NCBI GenBank assembly: GCA_037142675.1
Contig: JBAXAF010000001.1
Location: forward strand, 28,543 to 92,542
Length of the DNA: 64,000 nucleotides
DNA from: Candidatus Berkelbacteria bacterium
GTDB taxonomy: Bacteria > Patescibacteriota > UBA1384 > XYA2-FULL-43-10 > CAINNR01
Direction of reading: 5' to 3'
Shown piece after piece: positions 49,085-58,865 of the stretch (position 1 is the first letter of the stretch; every line of letters begins with the position of its first letter). The translations under genes were made by a program, and so were the position numbers. Under the pieces are notes generated by a model. That model was not told where the DNA came from and did not search any database. It was given only the letters and a program-made list of their open reading frames with translations.

Positions 49085-51312
49085 ATTTGGTTATTGTTGA
49101 ATCGCCAGCAAAGGCAAAAACGATTGAGAAATATTTGGGCAAGGATTTTAAGGTCCTGGCCTCTTTTGGTCATGTTCGTGATTTGCCAAAAAAAGTTCTT
49201 GGCGTTGACGTTGCCAATAATTACGAACCAACCTACGAAATCCCAACTGATTCGAAAAAAACAATTGCCGCACTGAAAAAAGAGCAAGCAAAAGCAAAAA
49301 TTATTTACCTTGCAACTGACTTGGACCGTGAAGGAGAAGCAATTTCTTGGCATGTGGCCAAGGCGCTTAAATTGCGCGAAGATGATGAAAATGTAAAGCG
49401 AATTACTTTTTCCGAGATTACCGGCACGGCGCTAAAACACGCTGTTGCCCATCCGCGAAAAATTGATATGAATTTAGTAGATGCTCAGCAGGCCCGCCGA
49501 GTACTCGACCGCTTAGTCGGCTACAAACTCTCACCATTGTTGTGGAAAAAAGTTAAATCCGGTTTGTCTGCTGGCCGCGTTCAATCAGTCGCTGTCCGCT
49601 TAGTTGTTGAGCGCGAGAGAGAAATCAAAGCTTTTAACCCAGAAGAGTTTTGGATATTGGCTGTTGTTTTGTCGCAGAAAGGCGATGAACTAAAATTCAA
49701 AGCTTTTTTGGTTGAAGAGAACGGCAAGCCTATTAAAAAGCTTGATATCAAGAATGAAAAAGATGCAAAAAGGTTGGAGAAGACTTTGTCTGGTGCTAAA
49801 TATAAAGTGTTATCATTGGACAAAAATGATTCGGTTAGAAACCCTTCGGCGCCGTTTACTACTTCAACTTTGCAGATGGAATCCTCGCGCAAGCTTGGCG
49901 TTTCGGTTAAGCAAACTATGATGTTGGCACAACGTCTGTATGAGGCTGGAAAAATTACTTATATGAGAACTGATTCGATTAATTTATCCACTGCTGCTGT
50001 TGCTGAAATTCGCAAGGTGGTGGAAAAAGATTACGGCAAAAAATATTTGCCAGAAACTGCTCAAAAATATACAACAAAAACCAAACATGCACAGGAAGCT
50101 CATGAAGCAATCCGTCCAACTCATTTTAATGAGAGAATTGCATCTGAGGATCCACGCGAACAAAGATTATACGATTTAATTTGGAAACGCACAGTTGCTT
50201 CGCAAATGTCTTCAGCGATTTTTCAAGTTATTGAGGCTAGGGTTTTGGCCGAAGTTAAAGAGAAATTAGTTTTTCTTGCTCGTGGTGAGTCAATTAAGTT
50301 TGACGGTTTCATTAAAGTCTATACCGAAGGTAAAGATGACGAAGCCGAGGAGGAAAAAGTTACAATTCCAGAATTGACTAAGGATGAGATTTTAGATTTT
50401 CATCAATTCGAAAAATTACAAAAGTTCACTGAGCCGCCAAAGCGCTACACCGAGGCCACGCTGGTTAAAAAATTGGAAAGCCTGGGAATTGGCAGACCGT
50501 CAACTTACGCGCCAACGATGTCAACAATTCAGGACAGAGGTTATGTTCGCCTTGAGGAAAAAAGATTTTATCCTGAAGAAATTTCAGAAATAGTTAATGA
50601 CCTTTTGGTCGAGCATTTTCCTAAAGTCGTAGATTTTCAGTTCACAGCAAAAATGGAAGATGAATTCGACGAAATTGCTGAAGGAAAATTAAAGTGGCAA
50701 GATGTGATTGGTGAATTTTATGTTCCATTTGCAGCCACATTGAAAGAAAAGAATAAAGAATTAGATAAAAAAGATATTATGCCAATTGTTGAGATTGGCG
50801 AAAAATGCCCAGAGTGTAAGAAGCCATTGATTGAACGTTTTGGCCGCTTTGGAAAGTTCATAGCTTGCTCCGATTATCCGACTTGTAAATATTCCCGTCC
50901 TCTGGAAAACAAGAAAGAAATGAAAAATGCGGTTGTCGCCGATGAAGACGGCGGCACCACTAAGGTTTCCGAAGCTGAGGGTGAGAAATGTGAGAAATGC
51001 GGTGGGAAAATGGTGTTGAAAGAGGGGAGATTTGGCAAATTCCTGGCCTGTGAAAATTATCCAAAGTGCAAAAATACCAAAACCATTATTACCGATACAA
51101 AAGTAAAATGCCCAGAGTGCGAAAAGGGGACATTGGTTGAGCGCCGAACAAAACGCGGCCGCACTTTCTGGGGCTGCTCGGCTTATCCAAGCTGTAAATA
51201 CGCCAGTTGGGAAGACCCGAATAAGAAAGCGGAAGAAGTCGGAACTGACGGTGCTGTAGATAATTTAGAAACAAAAAGTCCGCAGGAAATCGACGAAAAA
51301 CCAGAGGAATAA
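49081..51312 (+). CDS. topA: DNA topoisomerase I with C-terminal zinc ribbons
   Basis: Toprim N-terminus (IVESPAKAKTI), active-site region, three C4 zinc ribbons (CPECKK..C..C). Confidence 0.9.
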   Translation: MNLVIVESPAKAKTIEKYLGKDFKVLASFGHVRDLPKKVLGVDVANNYEPTYEIPTDSKKTIAALKKEQAKAKIIYLATDLDREGEAISWHVAKALKLREDDENVKRITFSEITGTALKHAVAHPRKIDMNLVDAQQARRVLDRLVGYKLSPLLWKKVKSGLSAGRVQSVAVRLVVEREREIKAFNPEEFWILAVVLSQKGDELKFKAFLVEENGKPIKKLDIKNEKDAKRLEKTLSGAKYKVLSLDKNDSVRNPSAPFTTSTLQMESSRKLGVSVKQTMMLAQRLYEAGKITYMRTDSINLSTAAVAEIRKVVEKDYGKKYLPETAQKYTTKTKHAQEAHEAIRPTHFNERIASEDPREQRLYDLIWKRTVASQMSSAIFQVIEARVLAEVKEKLVFLARGESIKFDGFIKVYTEGKDDEAEEEKVTIPELTKDEILDFHQFEKLQKFTEPPKRYTEATLVKKLESLGIGRPSTYAPTMSTIQDRGYVRLEEKRFYPEEISEIVNDLLVEHFPKVVDFQFTAKMEDEFDEIAEGKLKWQDVIGEFYVPFAATLKEKNKELDKKDIMPIVEIGEKCPECKKPLIERFGRFGKFIACSDYPTCKYSRPLENKKEMKNAVVADEDGGTTKVSEAEGEKCEKCGGKMVLKEGRFGKFLACENYPKCKNTKTIITDTKVKCPECEKGTLVERRTKRGRTFWGCSAYPSCKYASWEDPNKKAEEVGTDGAVDNLETKSPQEIDEKPEE

Positions 51313-51368
51313 AAAAGCACCATTGGGAATAAATTCCCGCAGGTGCCTGGTTCTCTGTCAGCCCTTGA

Positions 51369-51566
51369 TTACTTCTTGGCGGTTGGCGTTGGGAAGCTAA
51401 TACCAACTGCGGCAACAGCCAGCCCGAGCAACATGCAGATAAGACTCATCGCATATTGAGCGATGACATGTGCAGGCGATGTCCCAGCGCACGTGTAGAC
51501 GTTGGGGTAAATCGCCATGGACAGCGCTATGAGCACTATCATGTAAATCAGCCTAACCGGAATCAT
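51369..51566 (-). CDS. Small two-TM membrane protein (65 aa)
   Basis: RBS GGGAGATGA; two hydrophobic helices; hairpin plus T-run downstream (51312-51345). Confidence 0.4.
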   Translation of the reverse strand: MIPVRLIYMIVLIALSMAIYPNVYTCAGTSPAHVIAQYAMSLICMLLGLAVAAVGISFPTPTAKK

Positions 51567-51628
51567 TTGGTTTCATCTCCCTGACCAGTTGTTCGAAATC
51601 GTATCTATTGCATCATAAATAAACTTAT

Positions 51629-52240
51629 TTGTCAATGCTTCCAAAACCAGTACAGAATTTAATCGATGAGTTTTCCAAACTTCCAGGTGTGGGCCCCAAA
51701 ACCGCAGCCAGGCTGGTTTTCTTTTTGCTAAAAAAACCAAAAATCGATGTTCTAGCTTTTGGAAATGCTGTAACTGAGCTCATGGAAAATATTATGTATT
51801 GCAAGGAGTGTTTTTCCATTACAGATGTGGATATTTGCGAAATTTGTTCCAGCGATAGCCGAGACGAGTCAATTTTGGCTGTTGTTGAAGAGCCACTAGA
51901 TATTGTGGCCCTAGAAAGAACCCGCGCAATAAACGGTCTATATCATGTGCTTGGCGGAGCAATTTCTCCAATTGATGGAATTGGCCCAGAAAATTTAAGA
52001 ATCATTGAGCTACTTGACAAAGTGGCGAATAATCCTAAAATAAGAGAAGTAATTCTCGCCACGAATCCATCGCTCGAAGGAGAGGCCACTGCGACCTACA
52101 TTAAAACTCAAATAGAGAAAAATGGACGCGAAGTAGAAATTACACGGATTGCCAGAGGTTTGCCGGTTGGCGGAGACCTTGAGTATGCGGACGAGGTTAC
52201 ATTGTCGAGATCCTTGGAGGGAAGAAAAAAATACAAATAA
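51629..52240 (+). CDS. recR: Recombination protein RecR
   Basis: HhH (LPGVGPKTAARL), C4 zinc finger (CKEC..CEIC), Toprim domain. Confidence 0.9.
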   Translation: MSMLPKPVQNLIDEFSKLPGVGPKTAARLVFFLLKKPKIDVLAFGNAVTELMENIMYCKECFSITDVDICEICSSDSRDESILAVVEEPLDIVALERTRAINGLYHVLGGAISPIDGIGPENLRIIELLDKVANNPKIREVILATNPSLEGEATATYIKTQIEKNGREVEITRIARGLPVGGDLEYADEVTLSRSLEGRKKYK

Positions 52241-52316
52241 TGACCCTCGGTCATTTTAATGCCTTGCGATGCCTTTAGTCAGATTAATATATCTTGTTAT
52301 AATTAGGAGGAGGAGA

Positions 52317-52508
52317 ATGCCTGACAGATTTATTTGCGACTGCGGATATAGCAGTGAAGCGTTTGCTGAAAGTTGCCCAATGTGTGGGGCAATGATGATG
52401 ACTATCGACGGTGACGATGATGTTGATGACCCGAAACTAGCCGAGAAGTACGATGACAGCAATGATGACGACGCCGAAATGGAAATGTCGGCGGCAAAAG
52501 CCGCTTAA
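52317..52508 (+). CDS. Small acidic zinc-ribbon protein (63 aa)
   Basis: RBS AGGAGGAGGAG; CDCG...CPMCG then an Asp-rich tail; intrinsic terminator at 52521-52551. Confidence 0.5.
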   Translation: MPDRFICDCGYSSEAFAESCPMCGAMMMTIDGDDDVDDPKLAEKYDDSNDDDAEMEMSAAKAA

Positions 52509-52580
52509 CTAAAATTTAAAAAAAGCCCCGAGGTTCTAGCGGGGCTTTTTTAATTAGCGTTGATCTGATACTATTTAGCT

Positions 52581-53921
52581 ATGAAATTGTATAACACTTT
52601 GTCAAAATCTGTTGAGGAATTTAAGCCGCAGGACGAAAAAAACGTTAAGCTCTACACTTGCGGCCCAACAGTTTATAACTATGCTCACATTGGTAATTTG
52701 CGGACGTATATTTTTGAAGACGTTTTGCGTCGATCGCTGGAATTCTTAGGATATGCCGTTGATCACGTAATGAACATGACTGATGTTGACGATAAAACCA
52801 TTAAAGCTTCTGGTGGCAAGCAGGTAGAATTTAAGGAACTAACGCAAAAGTTTGAAGAAGCATTCTTGTCGGATCTGAAAAAATTAAACATTGAAAAGCC
52901 GACGGAAATTACCAGGGCAACGGAATATATTGAGCAAATTGTTGATTTCGTTTCTGATCTAATAGATCGGGGTTTTGCATACAAGGGTGAAGATGGCTCA
53001 ATTTATTTTTCAATCGAAAAATTTGCTGGCTACGGAAAATTATCTGGTCTGGACAAGGATGGAATAAAATCCGGCGCCAGAGTTTCTCAGGACGAATATA
53101 CTAAAGAGAATCCTGCAGATTTTGCACTTTGGAAGGCTTGGGACGAAGTTGATGGCGAGATCTTTTGGGATACTAAGCTGGGCAAGGGCCGACCTGGTTG
53201 GCATATTGAGTGTTCGGCTATGAGTCAGGACAAATTGGGTAACACGCTAGATATTCATGCCGGCGCAGTTGACCTAATTTTTCCTCATCATGAGAATGAA
53301 ATTGCTCAGTCCGAAGCCCGAACCGGCAAAAAATTTGTAAATTATTGGGTTCATGCGGAACATCTTTTGGTTGATGGCAAAAAAATGTCCAAGAGTTTAG
53401 ATAATTTTTACAAGCTTTCCGGCATTGAGGCCAAAGGTTTTTCACCGCTGGATTTTCGCTATATGTGTTTGTCGGCCAGTTATCGCGATAAACTCAACTT
53501 CACTTGGGAATCGCTGGAAGCCGCAGCCAATGCGTTAAAACGAGCAAGAAAAATTATAACTAGCATCGATGATGGCAGAAAAGTTAACGAAGAATACATG
53601 TCAAAATTCAAATCAGCGGTTGAAAATGATCTGAATACTCCGGAGGCGCTGGCAGTTTTTTGGAACCTTTTGCGTGATGAGAAAGTGTCAGCAGGTGATA
53701 AAAAAGCTACCGCGTTGGAAATGGATAAAATTTTCTCTTTGGATCTAAATAAAATTTCCAATGATGAAATTCCTGCCAATGTTTTGAAATTAGTTAATGA
53801 AAGGATTGCAGCTCGCAAAGAGAAAGATTTTGAGTTATCTGATAAAATTCGTGGTCAAATTGAAGAACTCGGGTTTTCGGTCGAAGACGCTGGTGACCAG
53901 TCAAAAGTTGTGAAGAAGTAG
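52581..53921 (+). CDS. cysS: Cysteinyl-tRNA synthetase
   Basis: HIGH (AHIGNLRTY), KMSKSLDN, zinc-binding Cys (C..C..H..E). Confidence 0.9.
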   Translation: MKLYNTLSKSVEEFKPQDEKNVKLYTCGPTVYNYAHIGNLRTYIFEDVLRRSLEFLGYAVDHVMNMTDVDDKTIKASGGKQVEFKELTQKFEEAFLSDLKKLNIEKPTEITRATEYIEQIVDFVSDLIDRGFAYKGEDGSIYFSIEKFAGYGKLSGLDKDGIKSGARVSQDEYTKENPADFALWKAWDEVDGEIFWDTKLGKGRPGWHIECSAMSQDKLGNTLDIHAGAVDLIFPHHENEIAQSEARTGKKFVNYWVHAEHLLVDGKKMSKSLDNFYKLSGIEAKGFSPLDFRYMCLSASYRDKLNFTWESLEAAANALKRARKIITSIDDGRKVNEEYMSKFKSAVENDLNTPEALAVFWNLLRDEKVSAGDKKATALEMDKIFSLDLNKISNDEIPANVLKLVNERIAARKEKDFELSDKIRGQIEELGFSVEDAGDQSKVVKK

Positions 53922-53975
53922 CACTATAAAAAGAAAAGCGCCACAGTGGCGCATGCCATGTGGCGGGAAGTGTGT

Positions 53976-53996
53976 AAGGCCCAGTGGGCCTTTTTT
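53976..53996 (+). terminator. Intrinsic terminator after cysS
   Basis: GGCCCA-GT-GGGCC followed by T6. Confidence 0.5.
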
Positions 53997-55108
53997 GATT
54001 GTGGGGCTGCCCAGTTTGTCGCCGGTTTAGCTGGTGACAACTCTGATCCGAAGATCACAGTACTGGGTTTTGCTGGTTTGGAACCAGCTGGTTTCGGATC
54101 CTTCCGATGCTTGTTGCCAGCATTTCTGCCGGCAAATCGGGAAGAGGAATTTCCCATAGTAACTGTCCCAAGCGTCCGAGCCAACCGATCACCGAAGTGA
54201 TCAAGAATACTTCTGCGGCTTTTATGAACGAGTACAAAGACCGTCCAAGCGCGCATCGGAAATGTCCGATTGAAGCATCTTTTGGTGGCCCAGGCGTCAG
54301 GGACAGACTTGTAATAAGTGTCCCGACGGGGCCACCAGGTGAACTTTGAACGGGGACTTGTTCGCAGTTCATTTGGGGCTCAGCATGGTCAGTGCTAATG
54401 TCCTTTTATTGGCGACAATCGCCAGACCATGGCCATTAAAGTCGGCGCTAGCTGGGATTTAAGCGCTTTCCTTTTGACAGCTGCACTTTAGCATATACTA
54501 TATAGATCTGTCAATAGGCACGGTGAAATAAAAAAGCACCCGAGGGAACGTTGAGTTGTCCCAAGGGTGCCGCTGGTCTGCGACTTGGCGTGCCTAGGCT
54601 ACGCCAACCGCGTTCTGCGCTCGGTTCCCCGAGTGCGGAATCGGTACTTCATGAAGTGAAATTCCTCCACCCCGTATTGGGGTCCATGGAATGATTCGGC
54701 TGCTTGTTGCTGGCCGGATTATCAGCATCTAATCGCGTTGATTGATGCCAATATTTCCGGCCGGGCCGGGCCCGCGCTGGTCTAGCTGCCGCCGGTGCTG
54801 ATCGCCGCCGCGCCCACGTCGTCCTGGACGAGCTGGGGAATCATACCGATGCTGGTGGCCTTGTTCTCGCCGCTGCTGCAGTTATTCACTATCGGAGTCA
54901 TGCCCAAACATAACCTGCGTCTGTGCCTCATGGCACTCACCTTGTCCACTCCCATTGCCGGGAGGTAATGAAGCTCCGCTGCTTTCCGCGCTGTCAACTT
55001 CCCAGTCTTGCCCACGGATTGCAACTTTGCTTTTGCTATGTTGGCGGAGCCCACCAATTTTTGTGGGTCACTGTGTGTCTACCCTCGATCCTCCACCAAA
55101 CTGAAAAC

Positions 55109-55138
55109 ATATTATCATATACTAAAAGTTTTGTCAAT
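55109..55138 (-). promoter_or_regulatory. Minus-strand promoter TTGACA-N18-TAATAT directing transcription into the GC-rich block 54535-55100
   Basis: Reverse complement reads TTGACAAAACTTTTAGTATATGATAATAT; matching minus-strand intrinsic terminator at about 54535-54575. Confidence 0.4.
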
Positions 55139-55206
55139 AGTTTTTCTAAAAAACTAATAGCTGTCAGCTGCTAGCTTTTAGAAAGAAAATCAGTTATAAT
55201 TCTGGC

Positions 55207-56199
55207 ATGAAAAATTGTTGGCAGAAATTAAAAAGACCAATTCTAATGTTGTCGCCGATGGCGGGGTACACCGACTCGGCTTTTCGGATTGTTTGCAAAA
55301 ACCAAGGTGCGAATTTGTTGATGACCGAATTAATTTCTGCCGACGCTATTGCTCATTGGGCGAAGAAAGCTAATGGCTATCAGCTGTCAGCTAGCAGCTT
55401 TTCGAAAAGCCCGACATACAAGCTAATGGAATTTCAAAAAGCCGAAATGCCAATTATTGTTCAGCTATTTGGCAAGCACCCGGAGAAGTTCGCTATTGCC
55501 GCTAAGTGGATTGAAGAAAATTTGAAACCGGCGGGAATTGACATTAATATGGGATGTCCGGCAAAAAAAGTTGTAAAATCCGATCACGGAGCTACGCTAC
55601 TGCGCGACCAAGAACGAGGTGTTGCGGTTGTCGAAGCGGTGCGAGCAGCAACAAAATTGCCGCTGTCAGTCAAAACTAGGCTGGGCTGGGAGAGCGATAA
55701 TGAAATTCTAGAATTTGCCCCAAAACTAATTGCGGCTGGAGTTGACGCATTAATTATCCATGGCAGAACATATAAAGATGGGTTCGCTGGAGATGCGCGA
55801 TGGGAAAATATATATAAGGTAAAAGCTAATAGTTGTCAGCTGTCAGCTGTTAAGGTAATTGGCAATGGAGACATTCGAAATCAAACGAATATAAAAGAAA
55901 GGTTAGGGAATTTAGACGGTGTGGCGATTGGTCGCGGCGCGGTTGGTAATCCTTTTATATTTAACAGTGACTTTGCCAAACTGTCCGAAAGCCAAGTGCT
56001 GGAACTAAAAAAGAAAACAATTTTAGAGCATGCAAAGTTAGCTTTTGAAATTAAAGGCGAGAAGGGGATTGTTGAACTAAGGAAACATTTGCTGGCCTAT
56101 TTCAAAGGACACCCAAGGGCAAAAGAACTACGAAAATCGTTTGTAACAGTTAAAAATGTTTCAGAAATTAAAATTGCGCTAACTGCTATTGACAAATAG
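55207..56199 (+). CDS. tRNA-dihydrouridine synthase (Dus/NifR3 family)
   Basis: SPMAGYTDSAFR, FMN-binding TIM-barrel motifs (INMGCPAKKV, catalytic Cys); carries two in-frame copies of a short repeat (see findings). Confidence 0.85.
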   Translation: MKNCWQKLKRPILMLSPMAGYTDSAFRIVCKNQGANLLMTELISADAIAHWAKKANGYQLSASSFSKSPTYKLMEFQKAEMPIIVQLFGKHPEKFAIAAKWIEENLKPAGIDINMGCPAKKVVKSDHGATLLRDQERGVAVVEAVRAATKLPLSVKTRLGWESDNEILEFAPKLIAAGVDALIIHGRTYKDGFAGDARWENIYKVKANSCQLSAVKVIGNGDIRNQTNIKERLGNLDGVAIGRGAVGNPFIFNSDFAKLSESQVLELKKKTILEHAKLAFEIKGEKGIVELRKHLLAYFKGHPRAKELRKSFVTVKNVSEIKIALTAIDK

Positions 56200-56246
56200 C
56201 TAACAAAGTGCTAGACTTGATTTGTTCAAGGAAAGGGGATTAAAAA

Positions 56247-56270
56247 AGAGGAGCGGGAACCTCCTTTTTT
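56247..56270 (+). terminator. Intrinsic terminator after dus
   Basis: AGGAG-CGGGAAC-CTCCT followed by T6. Confidence 0.5.
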
Positions 56271-56602
56271 GTATCACTGGAGCGTTTAATTCGAGAAGTA
56301 GAAGTTTGATTCGAAAAATGTTCAAAACATTTTTCTGGGGAGAATTATCAAATTTCACTACTCGATATACTGACTTGTAGGCAGAAGTATAGCTGGGATT
56401 TAGGGACCTATGGGCAGAAGGATTTTTAAACTAGCGGCATTTCGACCCCATAAACTATGTGGGTCAGCCGCGAAGTTGCCTTCTGCTTCTCTCCTTTTTC
56501 CTGGCTAGACTTCTGCCTTCTTTTTTTCCGGCTTGCCGGTTCAAGATAGAGGAACAGACCTGCGCCGCAACGCGGGCAGGACCACATTGGAGGTGACGCA
56601 TC

Positions 56603-57694
56603 ATGCGTCGCACAGGTTTGGCAGTTGTAGTCGCTCTGGTGCTGGCCCTCACCGCTACGGCGGTATTGGGCGGGGGATTCGTCCTCGACAGCATCGTGGC
56701 TCAAGTGTATTCCGAGAAAGTGACGATGGTGGATGCAGGAGTATCCACTTACGCCAACTACTCGGATACGATGAGCGGCACGATCAACGGAGTCGCGCCC
56801 AACGCCGGCAATGTCACGGCGCTTTGGGACAAGTTTGGCGTAACGAACGAGACACGGTGGCTGCGAATTGTCACTGTTGTCAAGGACGTTAAGAGCCAAC
56901 AGATCATCGACATCAAGCAGGCCTTTGTCACTCCGGAGAACAAGCAGACCAACGACGGCATCGTATGCAAGGTCGTTAGTCCGTACGAGATCTGGATCGA
57001 CACACAGAGCCTGCCCGAATTCACGAGGTTTTCGCCCGTTGTGGTTCAGAACGCCTCGACCAAGGAGCACCGCATCATCTGGATCTTCCGCTCGGTTAGC
57101 CATATCGAGCGCGAGAACTCGGCCGACGTGTTCATCACTCGGCTCGATATCTCAGATGAGTTGTCGGAGGATCTGGTCGGAGGACAGCCGCAACTGGGTC
57201 TGACGCAGACACTGCTCGAGAGCAAGGACCGCCCCAAGGCAGTCTCGCGCCTACTTCGGGCGTACGTTTACTCGAGGTACCCGATTCAGCTGACCAGGAC
57301 ATCGGCGCCGTATCAAATCGTGGCCGATGGTCGGGCCCAGGCTGTTCAGGGCATGGCCCAGGACCAGACGCGCGATGCTATCGCCAGGCTGACTGCTGCC
57401 TATGAGAAACAGGCCGCGGAAAGCAAGGCGACTATCGACAACTTGGTCCAGAAGCTGAACGCGTCAAAGCCTCAGAATTGGAGTATTGGGGTCGGCCCCT
57501 CTCCGACTGGCGCTTGGTACGTTTGGCTCGATGGCGGGCCCAAAATGCGCGTTGCCGCTGACACTGTCAGTTTCAACACGCTGCTGGGCACTCACTGGGT
57601 CGAAGTTGTACCTGAAGGTGACGCGTTCAAGAGTTGGCACCGCTGCGTTGTGACGCAAGCGGGCCAGCAGCTCGACTACGCGGAGGTGAAGTAG
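56603..57694 (+). CDS. Secreted hypothetical protein from a high-GC ORF
   Basis: RBS GGAGGTGACGC, signal peptide MRRTGLAVVVALVLALTATAVLG; about 60% GC by eye. Confidence 0.5.
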   Translation: MRRTGLAVVVALVLALTATAVLGGGFVLDSIVAQVYSEKVTMVDAGVSTYANYSDTMSGTINGVAPNAGNVTALWDKFGVTNETRWLRIVTVVKDVKSQQIIDIKQAFVTPENKQTNDGIVCKVVSPYEIWIDTQSLPEFTRFSPVVVQNASTKEHRIIWIFRSVSHIERENSADVFITRLDISDELSEDLVGGQPQLGLTQTLLESKDRPKAVSRLLRAYVYSRYPIQLTRTSAPYQIVADGRAQAVQGMAQDQTRDAIARLTAAYEKQAAESKATIDNLVQKLNASKPQNWSIGVGPSPTGAWYVWLDGGPKMRVAADTVSFNTLLGTHWVEVVPEGDAFKSWHRCVVTQAGQQLDYAEVK

Positions 57695-57695
57695 G

Positions 57696-58634
57696 ATGAA
57701 GTCGCAAAGGTTGTTTCTGTTTGGTTTTGCACTGTTGCTCTGCGTTGCAGGTTTTGCGCAGGGGCAGCAGGCCTTGACCGCTAATGTCGCCGTGACTGAG
57801 GCTAGGACCGATACCCCGTTTAGCATCACCTGGGGAACGGTTATGCCTCTGGCCGGCCACATCTTCGCGCAGCCTTGGCTCAAATCATGCAAGGCAGTGT
57901 GGAGCGACTATTACCCGTCCCCGGCTCGTTTGACCACGGTCTACGATTGCCCTGCAAAGGGTGACAGTCTGACCCCGGTCAACGACGTCGCTGGGCAGAG
58001 GCCCTGCTGGGTTTTCTGGAAGGAAAAGGGGGTCTGCGGTGCCGCGGTGGAGAGAGGCGATAGGGGGAACTTTATCGTTTCGACGTTCACCATCATCGGC
58101 GGTATCAAGGAAGTCGTACACGAAACCACGGTGGAGAGAACGCGTACTGAGTATGTCGAAACACCAGGACGCGTGGACACAGTCTTTGTCAGCACTCGGG
58201 GGTACATTCCTCCTGCTGGCATAACTGCCGTCGGAACTACCAACCTGTCTATCCCCTCGGGGCATGAGAACATTGGCCCTGAAGAAGGAAAGCTCTATCT
58301 TGGTTTCCGTCGCACTGTGAACACTCCGGCGGTTTGTCCGCCGAAACCGCCCAACCCGCCTCCTCCGCCCCCAAGTGGGCCGACCTGTCCGCCGGGGACC
58401 CCGAATCCCCCTAACCCGCCCAGCTCGCCCGAGGTGAACGTGCCTCCGCACGATCCTTCTACCCCTGTGGTGCCTGGCGGGGACTCCGTTCCCCCAGGCG
58501 TTGGGCCACCCCCGCCGGCACCGCCGGACCACGGGATTATCACACCCGACCCGGGCGAACCACCTACGCCTCCGCATATGCCCACCCCAGATGGTGAGCA
58601 TCAAGCGGACCCGGTGGATCCGACAACGCTGTAA
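57696..58634 (+). CDS. Secreted hypothetical protein from a high-GC ORF with Pro-rich C-terminal tail
   Basis: Signal peptide MKSQRLFLFGFALLLCVAGFAQG; C-terminal PPKPPNPPPPPPSGP...; start codon 1 nt after the upstream stop. Confidence 0.5.
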   Translation: MKSQRLFLFGFALLLCVAGFAQGQQALTANVAVTEARTDTPFSITWGTVMPLAGHIFAQPWLKSCKAVWSDYYPSPARLTTVYDCPAKGDSLTPVNDVAGQRPCWVFWKEKGVCGAAVERGDRGNFIVSTFTIIGGIKEVVHETTVERTRTEYVETPGRVDTVFVSTRGYIPPAGITAVGTTNLSIPSGHENIGPEEGKLYLGFRRTVNTPAVCPPKPPNPPPPPPSGPTCPPGTPNPPNPPSSPEVNVPPHDPSTPVVPGGDSVPPGVGPPPPAPPDHGIITPDPGEPPTPPHMPTPDGEHQADPVDPTTL

Positions 58635-58757
58635 CTGTAGCCGCCCAAAGCGGCACAGAGTTCTGCTGGGAGCGCCTCTTTACCGAGGCTCTCCCAGATT
58701 TATCCAAGTCTACAAACCGTTGCAGATTTGGAATAAAAAAAGAAAACAAAAATGCTA

Positions 58758-58786
58758 TTGACAAACAAAAATTAACATGGTATATA
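58758..58786 (+). promoter_or_regulatory. Promoter TTGACA-N17-TATATA for the surface-protein genes
   Basis: CTATTGACAAACAAAAATTAACATGGTATATATT about 80 nt upstream of ATG 58866. Confidence 0.45.
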
Positions 58787-58865
58787 TTAATGTTAATACA
58801 AGTTTCAATTTAAGTTATTAATTAAGTAAGTTTTATTAAAAAGCTGCTGGGAGAAAAGGACAAAA

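Noticed and set aside
48535-49353. 272-aa minus-strand ORF overlapping dprA and the topA 5' end
   Set aside because: It is antisense to two well-supported conserved genes and has no RBS or domain.
53924-54372. Overlapping minus-strand ORFs (110 and 105 aa) in the GC-rich segment after cysS
   Set aside because: They overlap each other out of frame, have no RBS and no promoter, and their composition is that of GC-rich noise. The region is more likely noncoding or decayed (see finding).
54923-55174. Plus-strand 83-aa ORF (internal start MKLRCFPRC... with GGGAGG 2 nt upstream)
   Set aside because: The RBS spacing is too short, and it overlaps the better-supported minus-strand promoter and unit, so it is kept only as a remote possibility.
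56426-57103. 225-aa minus-strand ORF antisense to the GC-rich secreted-protein gene, and similar long antisense ORFs at 57885-58604, 57464-57892, 13027-13398 and 13998-14369
   Set aside because: High-GC DNA produces long spurious ORFs on the opposite strand. The sense-strand genes have RBSs and signal peptides; these have neither.
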